A program made the translations under genes and the position numbers. A stretch of DNA of 64,000 nt, taken from assembly GCF_009914755.1 (NCBI RefSeq), contig NC_060926.1, one strand, 5' to 3'. Positions 1 through 13,442 of the stretch are shown here, one piece after another. Position 1 is the first letter of the stretch; each line of letters opens with the position of its first letter. The notes beneath the pieces are model-generated. The model searched no databases and had not been told where the DNA came from. It was given only the letters and a program-made list of their open reading frames with translations. This DNA is from the human T2T-CHM13v2.0 reference genome, Homo sapiens.

Positions 1-249
1 TTGCCACTGTGGACGTTGTCTTCAGCCCAGCGATATTACATTATATTCCAAAAATGTTTCATCCTAATGAAAGAGGTCTTGGATTTAAGACAATGTCTTG
101 ATGCAAGTAGAAACCAGACTGTCAAGGAATTTGCTTATTTCTTAACTTGATATCCAATATTAAACATTAGGCAGGTATATTACTGTGTGTATGTCACACA
201 CACAAATACATGGATGAATAGATAGGTAGATTGAGTGATATATGGATGA

Positions 250-606
250 TATATTAGTATTTTCAGGCTGCAATAACAAAACACCTTAAACTGGGTAGCT
301 TATAAACAACAGAAACTAATTTCTCATAGTTGTGGAGACTGGGAAGTTCAAGATTAAGGCACTGGCAGATTCAGCCAGATTCTGGTGAAGGTCCACTTTC
401 TGGCTTATAAATGGCACCTTCCTGTTATAACCTCCCATGATAGAAGGGGCAAGGCAGCTCTCTGGGGCTTTCAAAAGAACACTAATTCCATTCATGAAGG
501 CCACATGACCTAATCATCTCCCAAAGGCCCCATCTCCTAATACCATAATGTCGATGATTAGGTTTCGGCATATGAATTTGGGGGAGACACAAACATTCAG
601 ACCAAG
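250..606 (-). mobile_element. MaLR LTR (MLT1A-like)
   Basis: Typical MLT1 antisense text: tattagt...ggctgcaataacaaaacaccttaaactgggtagcttataaacaacagaaa...ggggagacacaaacattcagacca; followed by a short (GATA)n. Confidence 0.85.
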
Positions 607-1794
607 ATAGATAGATAGATAGACAGTCTCTGTTGTCAAAGATCGACACCAGAAATTATAGAGCCGGGAAACGTCTCATCTAAAACATAAATTGGGCATT
701 TTACAATCACACTATGGATTATCATCCCTTTTAGACATGAAGAAATCAAAAATAGGTGTGCTTCAGTGACGGCAGCTAGCAAGGGCTGACTTGAACTTAA
801 GTCTTTAGATAACAAGACAAATGTTCTTTCTACTGGATCACAGAGGCTTGTGCTCTTCAGTATTCTAATTACTCAATTTCATGGCTCTCTATAGCTATTT
901 TTCAATCTCAAGCCCTCAGATGTGTTCCTAAGCAACAAAACCAGAACAACTTTCCTGAGGTAGGGGTAAGGGAGGAATCAATTTTGCCTGCCAAAGTCAA
1001 CTATAAAAGACGTAAAGGCTCTTACCTACAGATATACAACACAATCATTAAGAGACGGAGGTGAGATTGTTTATGTAGCTTCCTAAACACATCTTTAAGA
1101 AGTCTGTTGCCCAAATGTATACATAACATGTACTATATCTACAGCCACTATAGCTATACCTTGACCAACAGGTCTATGTGGGTAGAAAATATGATCAAAG
1201 TATAGTTTGTCTTGATCCACACCCCAGTTAGGATGGACTTGACACACAATTTTTTTGACTTTGTAGAGTTTGCAAGGCCCAAGTAATAGCTTTGTATGTT
1301 AAAACATCACTTGTATCAACAGAATCTGTATACTTACTTTTTCAAATAAATAATCAGATGGATTTTAATGAAACCATACCATCATAATTTTGTGACCATG
1401 ATATTATAATGCATTGTTACTGCTGATCATTTTTTCTTGGGGAGCTGCCATGCTAGGTGCTTTGTTAAACTGTCCCATAGGACAGACATGATAGGATGAA
1501 CAACTGAAGTATTGCACCATTATGGACCCCTATGATTTCCAATGGATGACTATGACATAGAAATGCTGTGTAATGCCTAATTAACTCAGTTGGTTTATGT
1601 AAGGCTTTCATAAAATCAAGACTATGATTCTGCCAAATACAAATTATTGAAAGCTTATGTGCAAGAAGTACCACAGTCATCAAGATCAGTCCTTCATTTC
1701 TCATAAAAGACACCTTTCTCATGGCTTGACATCTCCCAAATTAAAAAGGCTGGCCTTAAGCAAGATGCGATATCTGGTTCAATAAATGTTATCT

Positions 1795-2785
1795 CAAAAA
1801 TAATAATTAAAAGAGTGAACAGACAACCTGCAAAATGGAAGAAAAATATTTGCAACTATCAGTCTGACAGGGGACAGATACCCAGAATTTACAAGGAACT
1901 CAAACAACTCAATAAAAAAATAAAAAAAAAAAAACTTGGGCAAAGGACATGAATAGCCATTTTTCAAAATAAGATACACAAATGACCAACAGATATATGA
2001 AAAATACTCAATATCACTAATCATCAGAGAAATACAAGTTAAAACCACAATGAGATATCATCTTACACCAGTCTGAATGGCTATTATTAAAAAGTCAAAA
2101 AAATAACAGATGTTGGTGAGTATAGAGAAGAAAGGGAACTCTTATACACTCTTTGCAGGAATGCAAATTAGTACAACCTCCATGGAAAACAGTATGGACG
2201 TTTTTCAAAGAACTAAACATAGGACTGTCATTCAATCCAGCAATCCCATTACTGAGTATCTACCCAAAGGAAAATAAATCATTTTATCAAAAATACATCT
2301 GTGCTTGTATGTTTATTGAAGCACTACTTAAAATAGCAAAGACATGGAATTAATCAAAGGGTCTATCAATGGATGATCAGCTAAAGAAAATGTGATATGT
2401 GTATATATACACACGGTGGAATACTATTCAGCCATAAAGAAGAATGAAATTATGTCTTTTGCAGCAACACTGGTGGACTTAGAGGCAATTATCTTAAGTG
2501 AAACAACTCAGAATCAGAAAGTCAAATACCGCATGTTCTCACTTAGAAGGGGGTGCTAAATAATGTATATACATGGACATAGAGTGTGGAAAAATAGACA
2601 TTGAAGACTTGGGATGGTAGGATGGTGGGAAGGAAGTTAGGGATAAGAAATTATATAATGGGTACAATGTAAACTATTCAGGTAGTGATTACACTAAAAG
2701 CCCAGATTTCATCACTATACAATATACTCATGTACTCAAACTGCACTTGTACCCCTTACATTTATACAAATAAAAAATAAAATTT
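1795..2785 (+). mobile_element. L1 3' end (L1MA1-3/L1PB-like), 5'-truncated
   Basis: ORF2 C-terminal remnants (ECKLVQPPWKTVW, NPAIPLLSIYPKE); 3'UTR ending aaactgcacttgtacccc...aaataaaaaataaa. Confidence 0.9.
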
Positions 2786-3646
2786 TGGTACCTAGAAAGA
2801 TATAATAAAGGGATATAGTCTTTTGATTAAAAAAAATTATCTCCACCCTGATGTGGAAGCAGCCATGAGAAAAGAGATTTGGAGAAGACCTTCTTTTGGA
2901 TGTCAACTACAACAAAATTACTTATTTTCACAACATGTAAATATGTTCATTGCTTGATTTTTTTGGTTGAAAACATAGTAAGCTAAATTCATAACACTGG
3001 CAGTGTTTCTGTATGTAAACAGCTTAAGACTGAAATGACTTTGCATAACTAAACACATTATATAACAGCTCTTCCCAGTTGCCTATTTGAAAGGGAAACA
3101 GCCATATGAACCGTTTTGTGGTTCCAGGTGTTGCTGTCTTCCTAAATAGTAGCAACAGATGTGGCCCTTTGGCTCATGAGAGCTGGTATGTAATGAATCT
3201 GGAGAGGTAGGATGGAGAGGAATTTTGCATACTCAGCAAGCATGCACCCAGAAAATGGGTGCCTGGCCTTAAGCTTTGCACAATGTGAATTATAAATGCT
3301 GTCTTGATTTTCGCTGTTTCAGAACTACAAGCCATCTAAAAATACCCAAAGAGGATAATTTATTTAATGTCTTTGAATAACCACTTAATTAATTGAAAAT
3401 TAAGTTATTCAAATTGTTGAAACATATTCAAATTGTTGAAACATTTTCAATTATCTTACTCTATGCATTTATACCTTACTTTACAAATAGAAGAAGTTTA
3501 TCATCATTTAGAGCTACAGTATCTTCAGTTCATTACTCTCAAGAGAAGATTTTATGTCTTGCCTTAAGTTATGTTGAACTGGAAGAAAGGTCTCCCTTAT
3601 TCTACTAAAAGTGATCTTACCAAACTGCTTCTCAAACCTCTGCTCC

Positions 3647-3860
3647 AAAGCTACCCCAACCCACATCAAATGCCCTCAAATCAATCAAACAACCAAACAA
3701 CTCACCCAATATCCTGTACACAAAACAAAGCTATCTCAACCCTTATTAAATGGCCCTGAACCAACCAATCCACTCTATATCCACATGCATAAAACAAAGC
3801 TACCATAATATACATCAAATGTCCTCAAACGAATAAGCCAACCAACTCAATAACCCCCTC
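3647..3860. repeat. Degenerate C/A-rich tandem repeat, 3 units of about 70-80 bp
   Basis: aaagcta at 3647, 3727 and 3796, each followed by an aaatg..cct motif and a caa-rich tract. Confidence 0.7.
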
Positions 3861-4988
3861 TCTACTCCTCAAAGCAACTAAAATACTACCTGGAATGAAC
3901 AAAACAAAGAACCAGATGATATCCTAAGAGTAAAAGTGAATCAAGAGCTGAGAATGACTGATAGACTAGCTATTTTAAATTTAATATTTTATAACCAACA
4001 GGAAAAATAAATTGGTCACAAAATCAAAGTGTAAGTCTTTACAATCTGAATTTCCTTTATTTACTTTGATTTTTATCACACAGTCATTAATATGAAATTT
4101 ACCTAATTTCTTATTAATTAGCTGGTAAGAAACCTGAAAACTCCATTATGTCTGACTTATTATTGATCCATATAAAGTACCAGGAAGCTTAAGATTTCCT
4201 GTATATCAATTTCTATAATCTATAAAATACAGATAGGCTCAGAATGAATAAATTAACATTTATAATTTTTGCTTCCTTCTTGAGCAAAAGAGATACAACA
4301 TAAAATGTAGAGGTTATAACGGAAAAACATTTATAAGAAATATAGCTTACTCATTACTTGATAAGTTTTATTTCTAAAGTATCTTCCAGTGTCATTGTCA
4401 ACAAATGTTTGAAGTAGATTTTTAAAAAATGCAATAATAGGGACTGCGTGAATCTATCTCTTTCCCATTTAACCACCATACAAAAATCCTGTGACACCTC
4501 ATCCAAACCAACTAAGTAAATTATCTCGAAGAATCTAAAATATAATAAATTTGTGATTCAAAGCAAAAGCATTATTCACTATTCTTAGTAGATAATTTGT
4601 TAGTGAAATGTTCTAATTTTTGACATATGAAATATGAAAAACACTAGCTAAAATATGAAAAACAAGTGAAATTCATAAATGAAATTTATTTCCAACCTGA
4701 AGCACACTTACAAAATATGCACACCATTGCATGTGTTCTCACATTACACAAGGTCAACACTGCCAGAAGCTTGTACTATATCTGCTTAAAATACAGTATT
4801 TATGAGTAAAACCTATGGGAATGACCAGTGAAATGTTTCCTCTTTGCCAGACGAAGGCAAGATATATTTTTAAAAACTCAGCAATGGATATTTACTTTGC
4901 TAACCATCAACGTGTTATATATATTTTTTTGCCTTTTCCCTTTCCTTTTTTCCGTTTCTTACTAAAGAAAAAAAAAAAAAACGCTTAC

Positions 4989-5041
4989 CTGTGTCTTTGT
5001 AAAAACAAATATTTAAACATTGGTATACTCCAGTGATGCTT
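4989..5041 (-). other. Candidate 53-nt internal exon of an unidentified minus-strand transcript
   Basis: Acceptor tctactatattctttttag|AAGC; donor ACAG|gtaagc followed by a U-run. Confidence 0.4.
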
Positions 5042-6030
5042 CTAAAAAGAATATAGTAGAATGATAATAGAATCTCCAGCAGCAGCAATAACAAGGCCTT
5101 GGTCATTTTCCTTTTTCTTTGAAACTGTTACCTTGGATATTGAATCCCTCCATAATTTCTGATACTTTTAGAGGTGGGAATGGTGGCATATCAAGGATAA
5201 ATTAAATTTATCATTTTGGCTTTAACACGTACGCTATAAACGTGACAGCTTGGTGCACTGTAGCTGACAGTTCCCATTAACTAGGAGCTAATGTTGCAGA
5301 GTCAGTCCAAACACAGAGTCACGGCCTCTGGCTACAGGAAGGTCCCCTTCATACTAGGATTCTCACACCCCCTTGGGAACAAAAAAGCTATAAATATTTT
5401 CTACTAGTTCCCTCCTCAAAGCTATATAATGAATATTTACACATTGGGATCTTTTTTTCTACTCTTGGAAAAGCACTTCCAATTGACACATTTTATTGGT
5501 CTGAGCAGGTGACTCAAGCCAGCCCTCTTTGCCTTCACAGTAAAGAAGCATACAGGAGGGCTTACTCTTCAGTTCTTGAATCACTGGTAAAACAATGGGT
5601 AAAAGAGTAGGAAACTTTTTTTGAACTTTTAAAAAATTAATTGATAAAATACGCAAGTACCAGGAAAATCTGCCAAAACATGAAAAAAACCAAAACGTTA
5701 AGAAGTGAAGTTTGAATGAGACTTCAACGATAAAATAAATGCTAAACTGACTTGCTGGAAATTTTAGGTCCTAGAGACCATTGAAAGAAACATAAATCAA
5801 TTTTTGGAATATATTTACGTTTAAGTAACCAAGTCATTTTAGTATCAGTTGTTGGCCACAAGCACTGTGAGTTTGTATGTATCTGTGTGTGTGGATGGAC
5901 AGGAGAGGCAGATGCTACAGAGAACTTGTCACTGTTTGTTTACAAAGTGCTCACATGATATTGAGGTAACTCACAAATCACAAATTCCCCAGAAGAGGCC
6001 ACAGAACAGAGATTAAGAACAGAGATACAA

Positions 6031-7540
<1,510 letters not shown>

Positions 7541-7723
7541 AAATTGATGAGATAGATTTGAGGATCATAAATACAGGGGTTGTTGAAATTTTGAACATGG
7601 ATAAAACCTTTCTAGTAAGTAAATGTAAAAAGAAACATGCTGAGTGAGGCTGGAAAACACCAATATTTAAGAGGTGAACAAACTCAGGAAGAGGAAAGTG
7701 TAAAGGAAAGCTGGATCCACTAG

Positions 7724-8047
<324 letters not shown>

Positions 8048-8214
8048 CAAAATTACTTTTTTTAACCATCAGATATTATCTGCAAAACTTTGTTACTCAA
8101 TAATCATGTTTTCAACCATTATGATACTTTTTGTTATTTGGACTCCCTTTCAAAATTTGCATTAATAATGCCCCAATCATTCATAGTTAGTATTAGTCTT
8201 ATTTCAATTAATGC

Positions 8215-8490
8215 TTATGCATGATTCTACTTATATGAGGTATATAAAATAGTGAAATTCATAAAAGCAGAGAGTAGAATGGTGGTTTCCAGGGTGTGTG
8301 GGGAGGGAGAAATGGGGAGTTGCTAATCAACAGGATTAAAGTCTCAGTTATGCAAGATGAGTTAAGTTCTTGAGATCTTCTGTACAGAATTGTGTTTTCA
8401 GTTAATGCTGTATTGTACATTTAAACATCTGTTAAGGGGACGGATCTGTGGGAAGTGTTGACCACACAATTAAAAAAAATAAATAAATAA
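8215..8490 (+). mobile_element. Old L1M 3' end fragment
   Basis: atgattctacttatatgaggta...aaattcataaaagcagagagtagaatggtggtttccaggg plus A-rich tail. Confidence 0.8.
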
Positions 8491-8599
8491 GATTTTTTTT
8501 AATTCAAGGAATTAGAGCTTCAATAAGTGAATAATTTCGTGTCAAATGCTGCAGAGAGGTCAGTGAAGATTAAGCCTTAAGAATAACAATTAGATCTGG

Positions 8600-9118
8600 T
8601 GCGGTAAGCAAAATTTGGTCCACATAACCTTCATTTACCACTGGCGTTACTTGCATGATGTGTTAGGTTATGTAAGGGATATAATTAAGATTATACCAAA
8701 TGACTTTATCTTGGATTACCTGTGTGAGCCTATTCTAATCACATTACCCCTGCGAAGCAGAGATCTTTCTTCAATTGGAGGCAGAAAGAGCACAGAGATT
8801 CCCAGCAAAGGATTCCATGTTCTATATTGTTGTTGGCATGAGATAAGAGGAGACAGTGTCAAAAAATCAGGGACTTGGGTCCTACAATAAGGAGCTGAAT
8901 TCTTCCAGTAACCTGAATGAACTTGGAAGTAGAATCTTCTGCAGAGCTTCCAGATAAGAACCTGGCCCACTTGACTCCTTGATTTCAGCAGAGGACACAG
9001 TTGAGCTGTGTTGTGTGTGGACTTCTGAACCACACAATTATAAGATGATAAATTTCTGTTGTTTTAAGCCACTAAGTTTGTGATAATTGGTTAGGACAGC
9101 AATAGGAAACTAATATAC
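8600..9118 (+). mobile_element. MaLR LTR (MLT1D/E-like)
   Basis: 3' end ataaatttctgttgttttaagccactaagtttgtgataattggttaggacagcaataggaaactaatatac. Confidence 0.85.
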
Positions 9119-10829
9119 TTGCCAATTACAAGTCAGTTGTGGGGTGATGCTGAGAGTAACTTCAGCAGTATACTGAAGTCCAGAAGCAAACTTGAGTTAA
9201 AGAGGATGGGAGAAGTGGAAGCAGAGGAGCATTTCCCTTTCATATTCCCCCCGCCTTTTTTTTTTTTTTTACATGTTTCCATTGTTGTTCATGTAGTTTT
9301 TGTGAGATGATTTATAAAGGTAATTTGTTGAATTTTACTCCTTTTCTACCCTAAAATATAACTTAATCCAATGAGCTTAAAATCATTTGCATGTTTGATA
9401 AATATTTCCCCAGTCTCCCTCTAGACAACTAATAAAAGAAAGAATCAAATTGATGAGGCTCAAGATACAGGTAAAAATGTATTGCATTTAGTGTATGCTT
9501 GCTAAATATCAAAAAGTTCCAAGAGATCTCTTCAAAGTCCCTTCCCACACTCAATATAGAAAAACACACTATTGGAAGAACACTTGATGTTGCACTGTGA
9601 AATAGATTTTTTAAATCTTGAATGCCCAGTCTTTCTTTTTTTCAAAATTATATGTAAATAAAAATTGTAATGGATACTTCTAAGGAAAACACATAAAATA
9701 CATAATGGCTAAAAATTAACTGTCCAAATTAGAAGAAAGACACTAATACTGAAACATGTTTCATGCCTACATAAATAATATTAATATATACATACATATG
9801 AATGTGTATATGTATACAATATTATATATGTATGGATGGATATAATTATTTGGTAAAAATATGCAAACCATGTTCCAGAAAATGTTTTTGGTCTGTATTC
9901 AGGGGATTTGATAGAATGCAAATTTAATAGACATTTATTTCATTACTGCGATGTGTGAAGCTCTCTCTACTAAGTACTTGGGTTGATATAAAAATAAATA
10001 AAATTCTTGCACTCCAAAAATCTGTATTTTAGATAAAAACTAAAATGAATTTTTTAAAATATATGCACAGGAACATCACATGGGATTCATGTCACAAATC
10101 AAATTCATCCCATGTTTATTAAGATGGCCCCCGAAAGAGTAGAACTGATATTTCTAGCTCTTTTCTATGCAGAAATGGGTCATGTATTTCTGTTTCATGT
10201 GACTGAATGTATTACAAACCCTTCTACTGTGGATTCAACTGAACCCAACAAATCTGCTATAGGCTAGGTGCTGTGTTCTACCCTCAGGTTTGAAAGAGTT
10301 ATAAGACAAGAGCTTGCTCTCAAGAAGCCGAGTCTTAAATATAAACTTCACTATGTGCCAGTCTTATAAACCAACTGATACTTTGCCACTTTCCATAAAA
10401 TCTTTATATGTCTTTGTTTTTGCACTTTCTGTTTTTCTCACAATTTTATCCTAATAATTACACCCACATGATATATAGCTTGGAAGATTTTTGTCATCAT
10501 CATATCAATTTAGTACATAAAGTGTGCTTCAAAATGTATTGTAAATTATTTTAAGATATGAATTCATCCTGGTTTATGTTTATATCGATGCCTCCTTCAA
10601 TAATTCGGAAACAGAATTGTCTCTGGGATGTATCCAGAGCTGTGATATTATGATATTAAAAACACATAAGGTCTAGAAACTGGCATATTATTTGCACCTA
10701 CTCAATGTACTTTATGAGATATTTTTCTCATATGTGTGTTGTTATGTAATTTAATTCAATTAACAAATATTTTTTAAAAACAAATATACTAAACTGATAT
10801 GTTGCAGCCATAAGATATTTTCATCTGCA

Positions 10830-10915
10830 TGGCGTGAACCCGGGAGGCGGAGCTTGCAGTGAGCCGAGATCCCGCCACTGCACTCCAGCCTGGGCGACAG
10901 AGCGAGACTCCGTCT

Positions 10916-10954
<39 letters not shown>
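10830..10954 (+). mobile_element. 5'-truncated young Alu (AluYa5-type)
   Basis: 87-bp right-arm end with gagatcccgccactg; pure A tail 10917-10954; perfect 18-bp TSD aagatattttcatctgca (10812-10829, 10953-10970). Confidence 0.9.
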
Positions 10955-10956
<2 letters not shown>

Positions 10957-12009
10957 TATTTTCATCTGCACATACGGTTTTAGACAAATCATGTTTTACT
11001 TGTTGTTACAGACTATCATTATGTTTTGTAAACATACTACTTATTTATGGCTATAAAAAAGAATGCCACATTCAAATAATCGCTTGTAGTCTTAAAAAAT
11101 AGTTGAGGTCATTGTCTTGTGCCATGTATTCGAAAAACTTGAAGATTTAAATATTATTATGTCAATATTTAAAATAGAAGGCTACAATTTCTTCTGTTTA
11201 AAATTAGGTACAAAAGTTTCAATAAACAACTTAATCTAAAACAGAAGGGAAGACAAAAGCTTTTGGTATACTCTGACCTGGTAAATTGCTGAAAATGATT
11301 GTGTGCTGAAGCTACTTTGGCTTGATAATAACTCTCTTTGTTATAAAGAGATTATTGTAAGGAGTCTATGGAAAGTATAATGTCTTCAGTTTTTAATATA
11401 CATATATACTTTTGTCCTTGAAGGAAAATAGCAAAAATAATATATAAAACCAAATTATTTTTAAAGAACCAAAAATAATTTTGAGAGACATATCTGCCTG
11501 TACTCTTAGCTTTTATCTATCTACTGACTCCTTCCTTGTGTGCCTCTTCATTTAAAAAATCTAAGACAAAATGAAATATGATTTTGTAATATCAATGAGA
11601 ATAAATGCTGCCAACATTTGTAAAACATGTACATTTCAAGGCTGCTGGGTTTTTTTTTCACTTCATCCATGACATTAAATATGTTAGTATTCTACCACAC
11701 AGAAAAACACTATAGTCAACACTGACTGATTAAAGGTCAGTTTGCATTTTTTAGAACATACGTATAAAAGTTAGAAATAGTACATTTTAACTAGAAGCCT
11801 ACCAAAATCACAACTCTGGTCTTGCCTTTCTACTAAGAACAAAAATAAAACCTAGCCAACTCATTTGCATCATAATCTAATTTTGAAATTACTTTATCAG
11901 TGCAATAACACATTCAATAGAGGTTTTGTCTTATTGATGAAAAGGGAATCCACTTGGTTTGGGAGTACATAACATTTTTTAATTAAATTTGTGTTATTAT
12001 TGTACTTAC

Positions 12010-12100
12010 ACTCAAAGGGCCAGGTGATGGCAATGTTCCATGGAGGAAAATAATATTGCTATAATAACAGCAATAGCCATGAAAATTTAATAACATTTCA
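12010..12100 (-). other. Weak candidate 91-nt exon
   Basis: tcattatgtctcag|TGAA ... GAGT|gtaagt. Confidence 0.2.
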
Positions 12101-12119
12101 CTGAGACATAATGACATAA

Positions 12120-12750
12120 TAACAAATATGTAATCACTATCTAGGCACTTTGTAGGGAAGAGTTAAAGTAATCAGTAAGACTATTACTAAATAAAAGACC
12201 TTTTTCATAAGTTGGGGATATAAAAATGGGATATATCTATTTCATTTCTGTAATCTATTTGAAGAGGCAGATTTTACATATACAAAGATAAATAACAACA
12301 AGGTAGTCAATTATGAGATGTTTGTGAGTCAGAGCAACTATTTTAAGAGCCCTGTGAAAAGGAAGGAAATGGACAAAAATTCTAGGCAGGAAAAGATGCA
12401 GCATTGGAAATGTATCTGACATGTTAAGATAATGACAAATGGACACCAGAAATAGAGTAGACAATTCAAATAAGGGGCCAGTGGAGCTTAGAGTGGACAC
12501 TTTACCTGAGACGGATTTTGGAGTCTTGAATGTCCAACCCAGGAAAGAGAAGCATGTTGTCTGGGAATTGGGATATGACTACCTCATGATTTCACTGTGA
12601 ATTTAAACAGATTGAAGGAGAACAAGGTCATTTTTCAAGGAATAATTTACAAGATTTAGCAACTGAAGGAGAGGATAATGAATAAAGAGAGTCAAAATGA
12701 CACTAAGGTTTTAAGAGTGTGTGACTGGGAGAATAATGACATCTTATCTC
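12120..12750 (-). mobile_element. L2 remnant
   Basis: tcactatctaggcactttg..., aaagagagtcaaaatgacactaaggtttt...gtgactgggagaat. Confidence 0.55.
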
Positions 12751-12768
12751 CTTTATAAAAAATAATAA

Positions 12769-13098
<330 letters not shown>

Positions 13099-13395
13099 AG
13101 AAGAATATTTCCCCCAACATATACCTAACAGAAGCTTATAAGAGAAAACTCACTGAAAAATCACAGTGTAAGAATTACTATAGTCACACCTGTAATTATG
13201 TGAAACAATTGTTAATATATAAAGTTTTCAGTGAGGATCATCAGGAACACAGTGACCGCATATGTGAATTGTATTTCTGAGCATGTGTTTACTTAGCCCT
13301 CTTGTGATTAAATTTATAATTTATACATGTAATGCCAAACTTGTGCACTTATATTGAATTTTTTTAGAAAAGCATAGAAGTATTTATACTTTTCT

Positions 13396-13442
13396 CATTA
13401 CTTTTAACGGCAAAAACCGCAATTACTTTTGCACCAACCTAA
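13396..13442. mobile_element. MADE1 (Hsmar1 MITE), partial: one TIR plus spacer
   Basis: cattacttttaacggcaaaaaccgcaattacttttgcaccaacctaa followed by ta. Confidence 0.9.

Noticed and set aside
1060-1750. Possible L3/CR1 ORF2 remnant on the minus strand (LDFMKA, AVDIV)
   Set aside because: Similarity too fragmentary to call by eye; needs a Dfam search.
3600-3900. NUMT
   Set aside because: Only the base composition is mitochondria-like; no recognisable mt-tRNA, rRNA or protein similarity.
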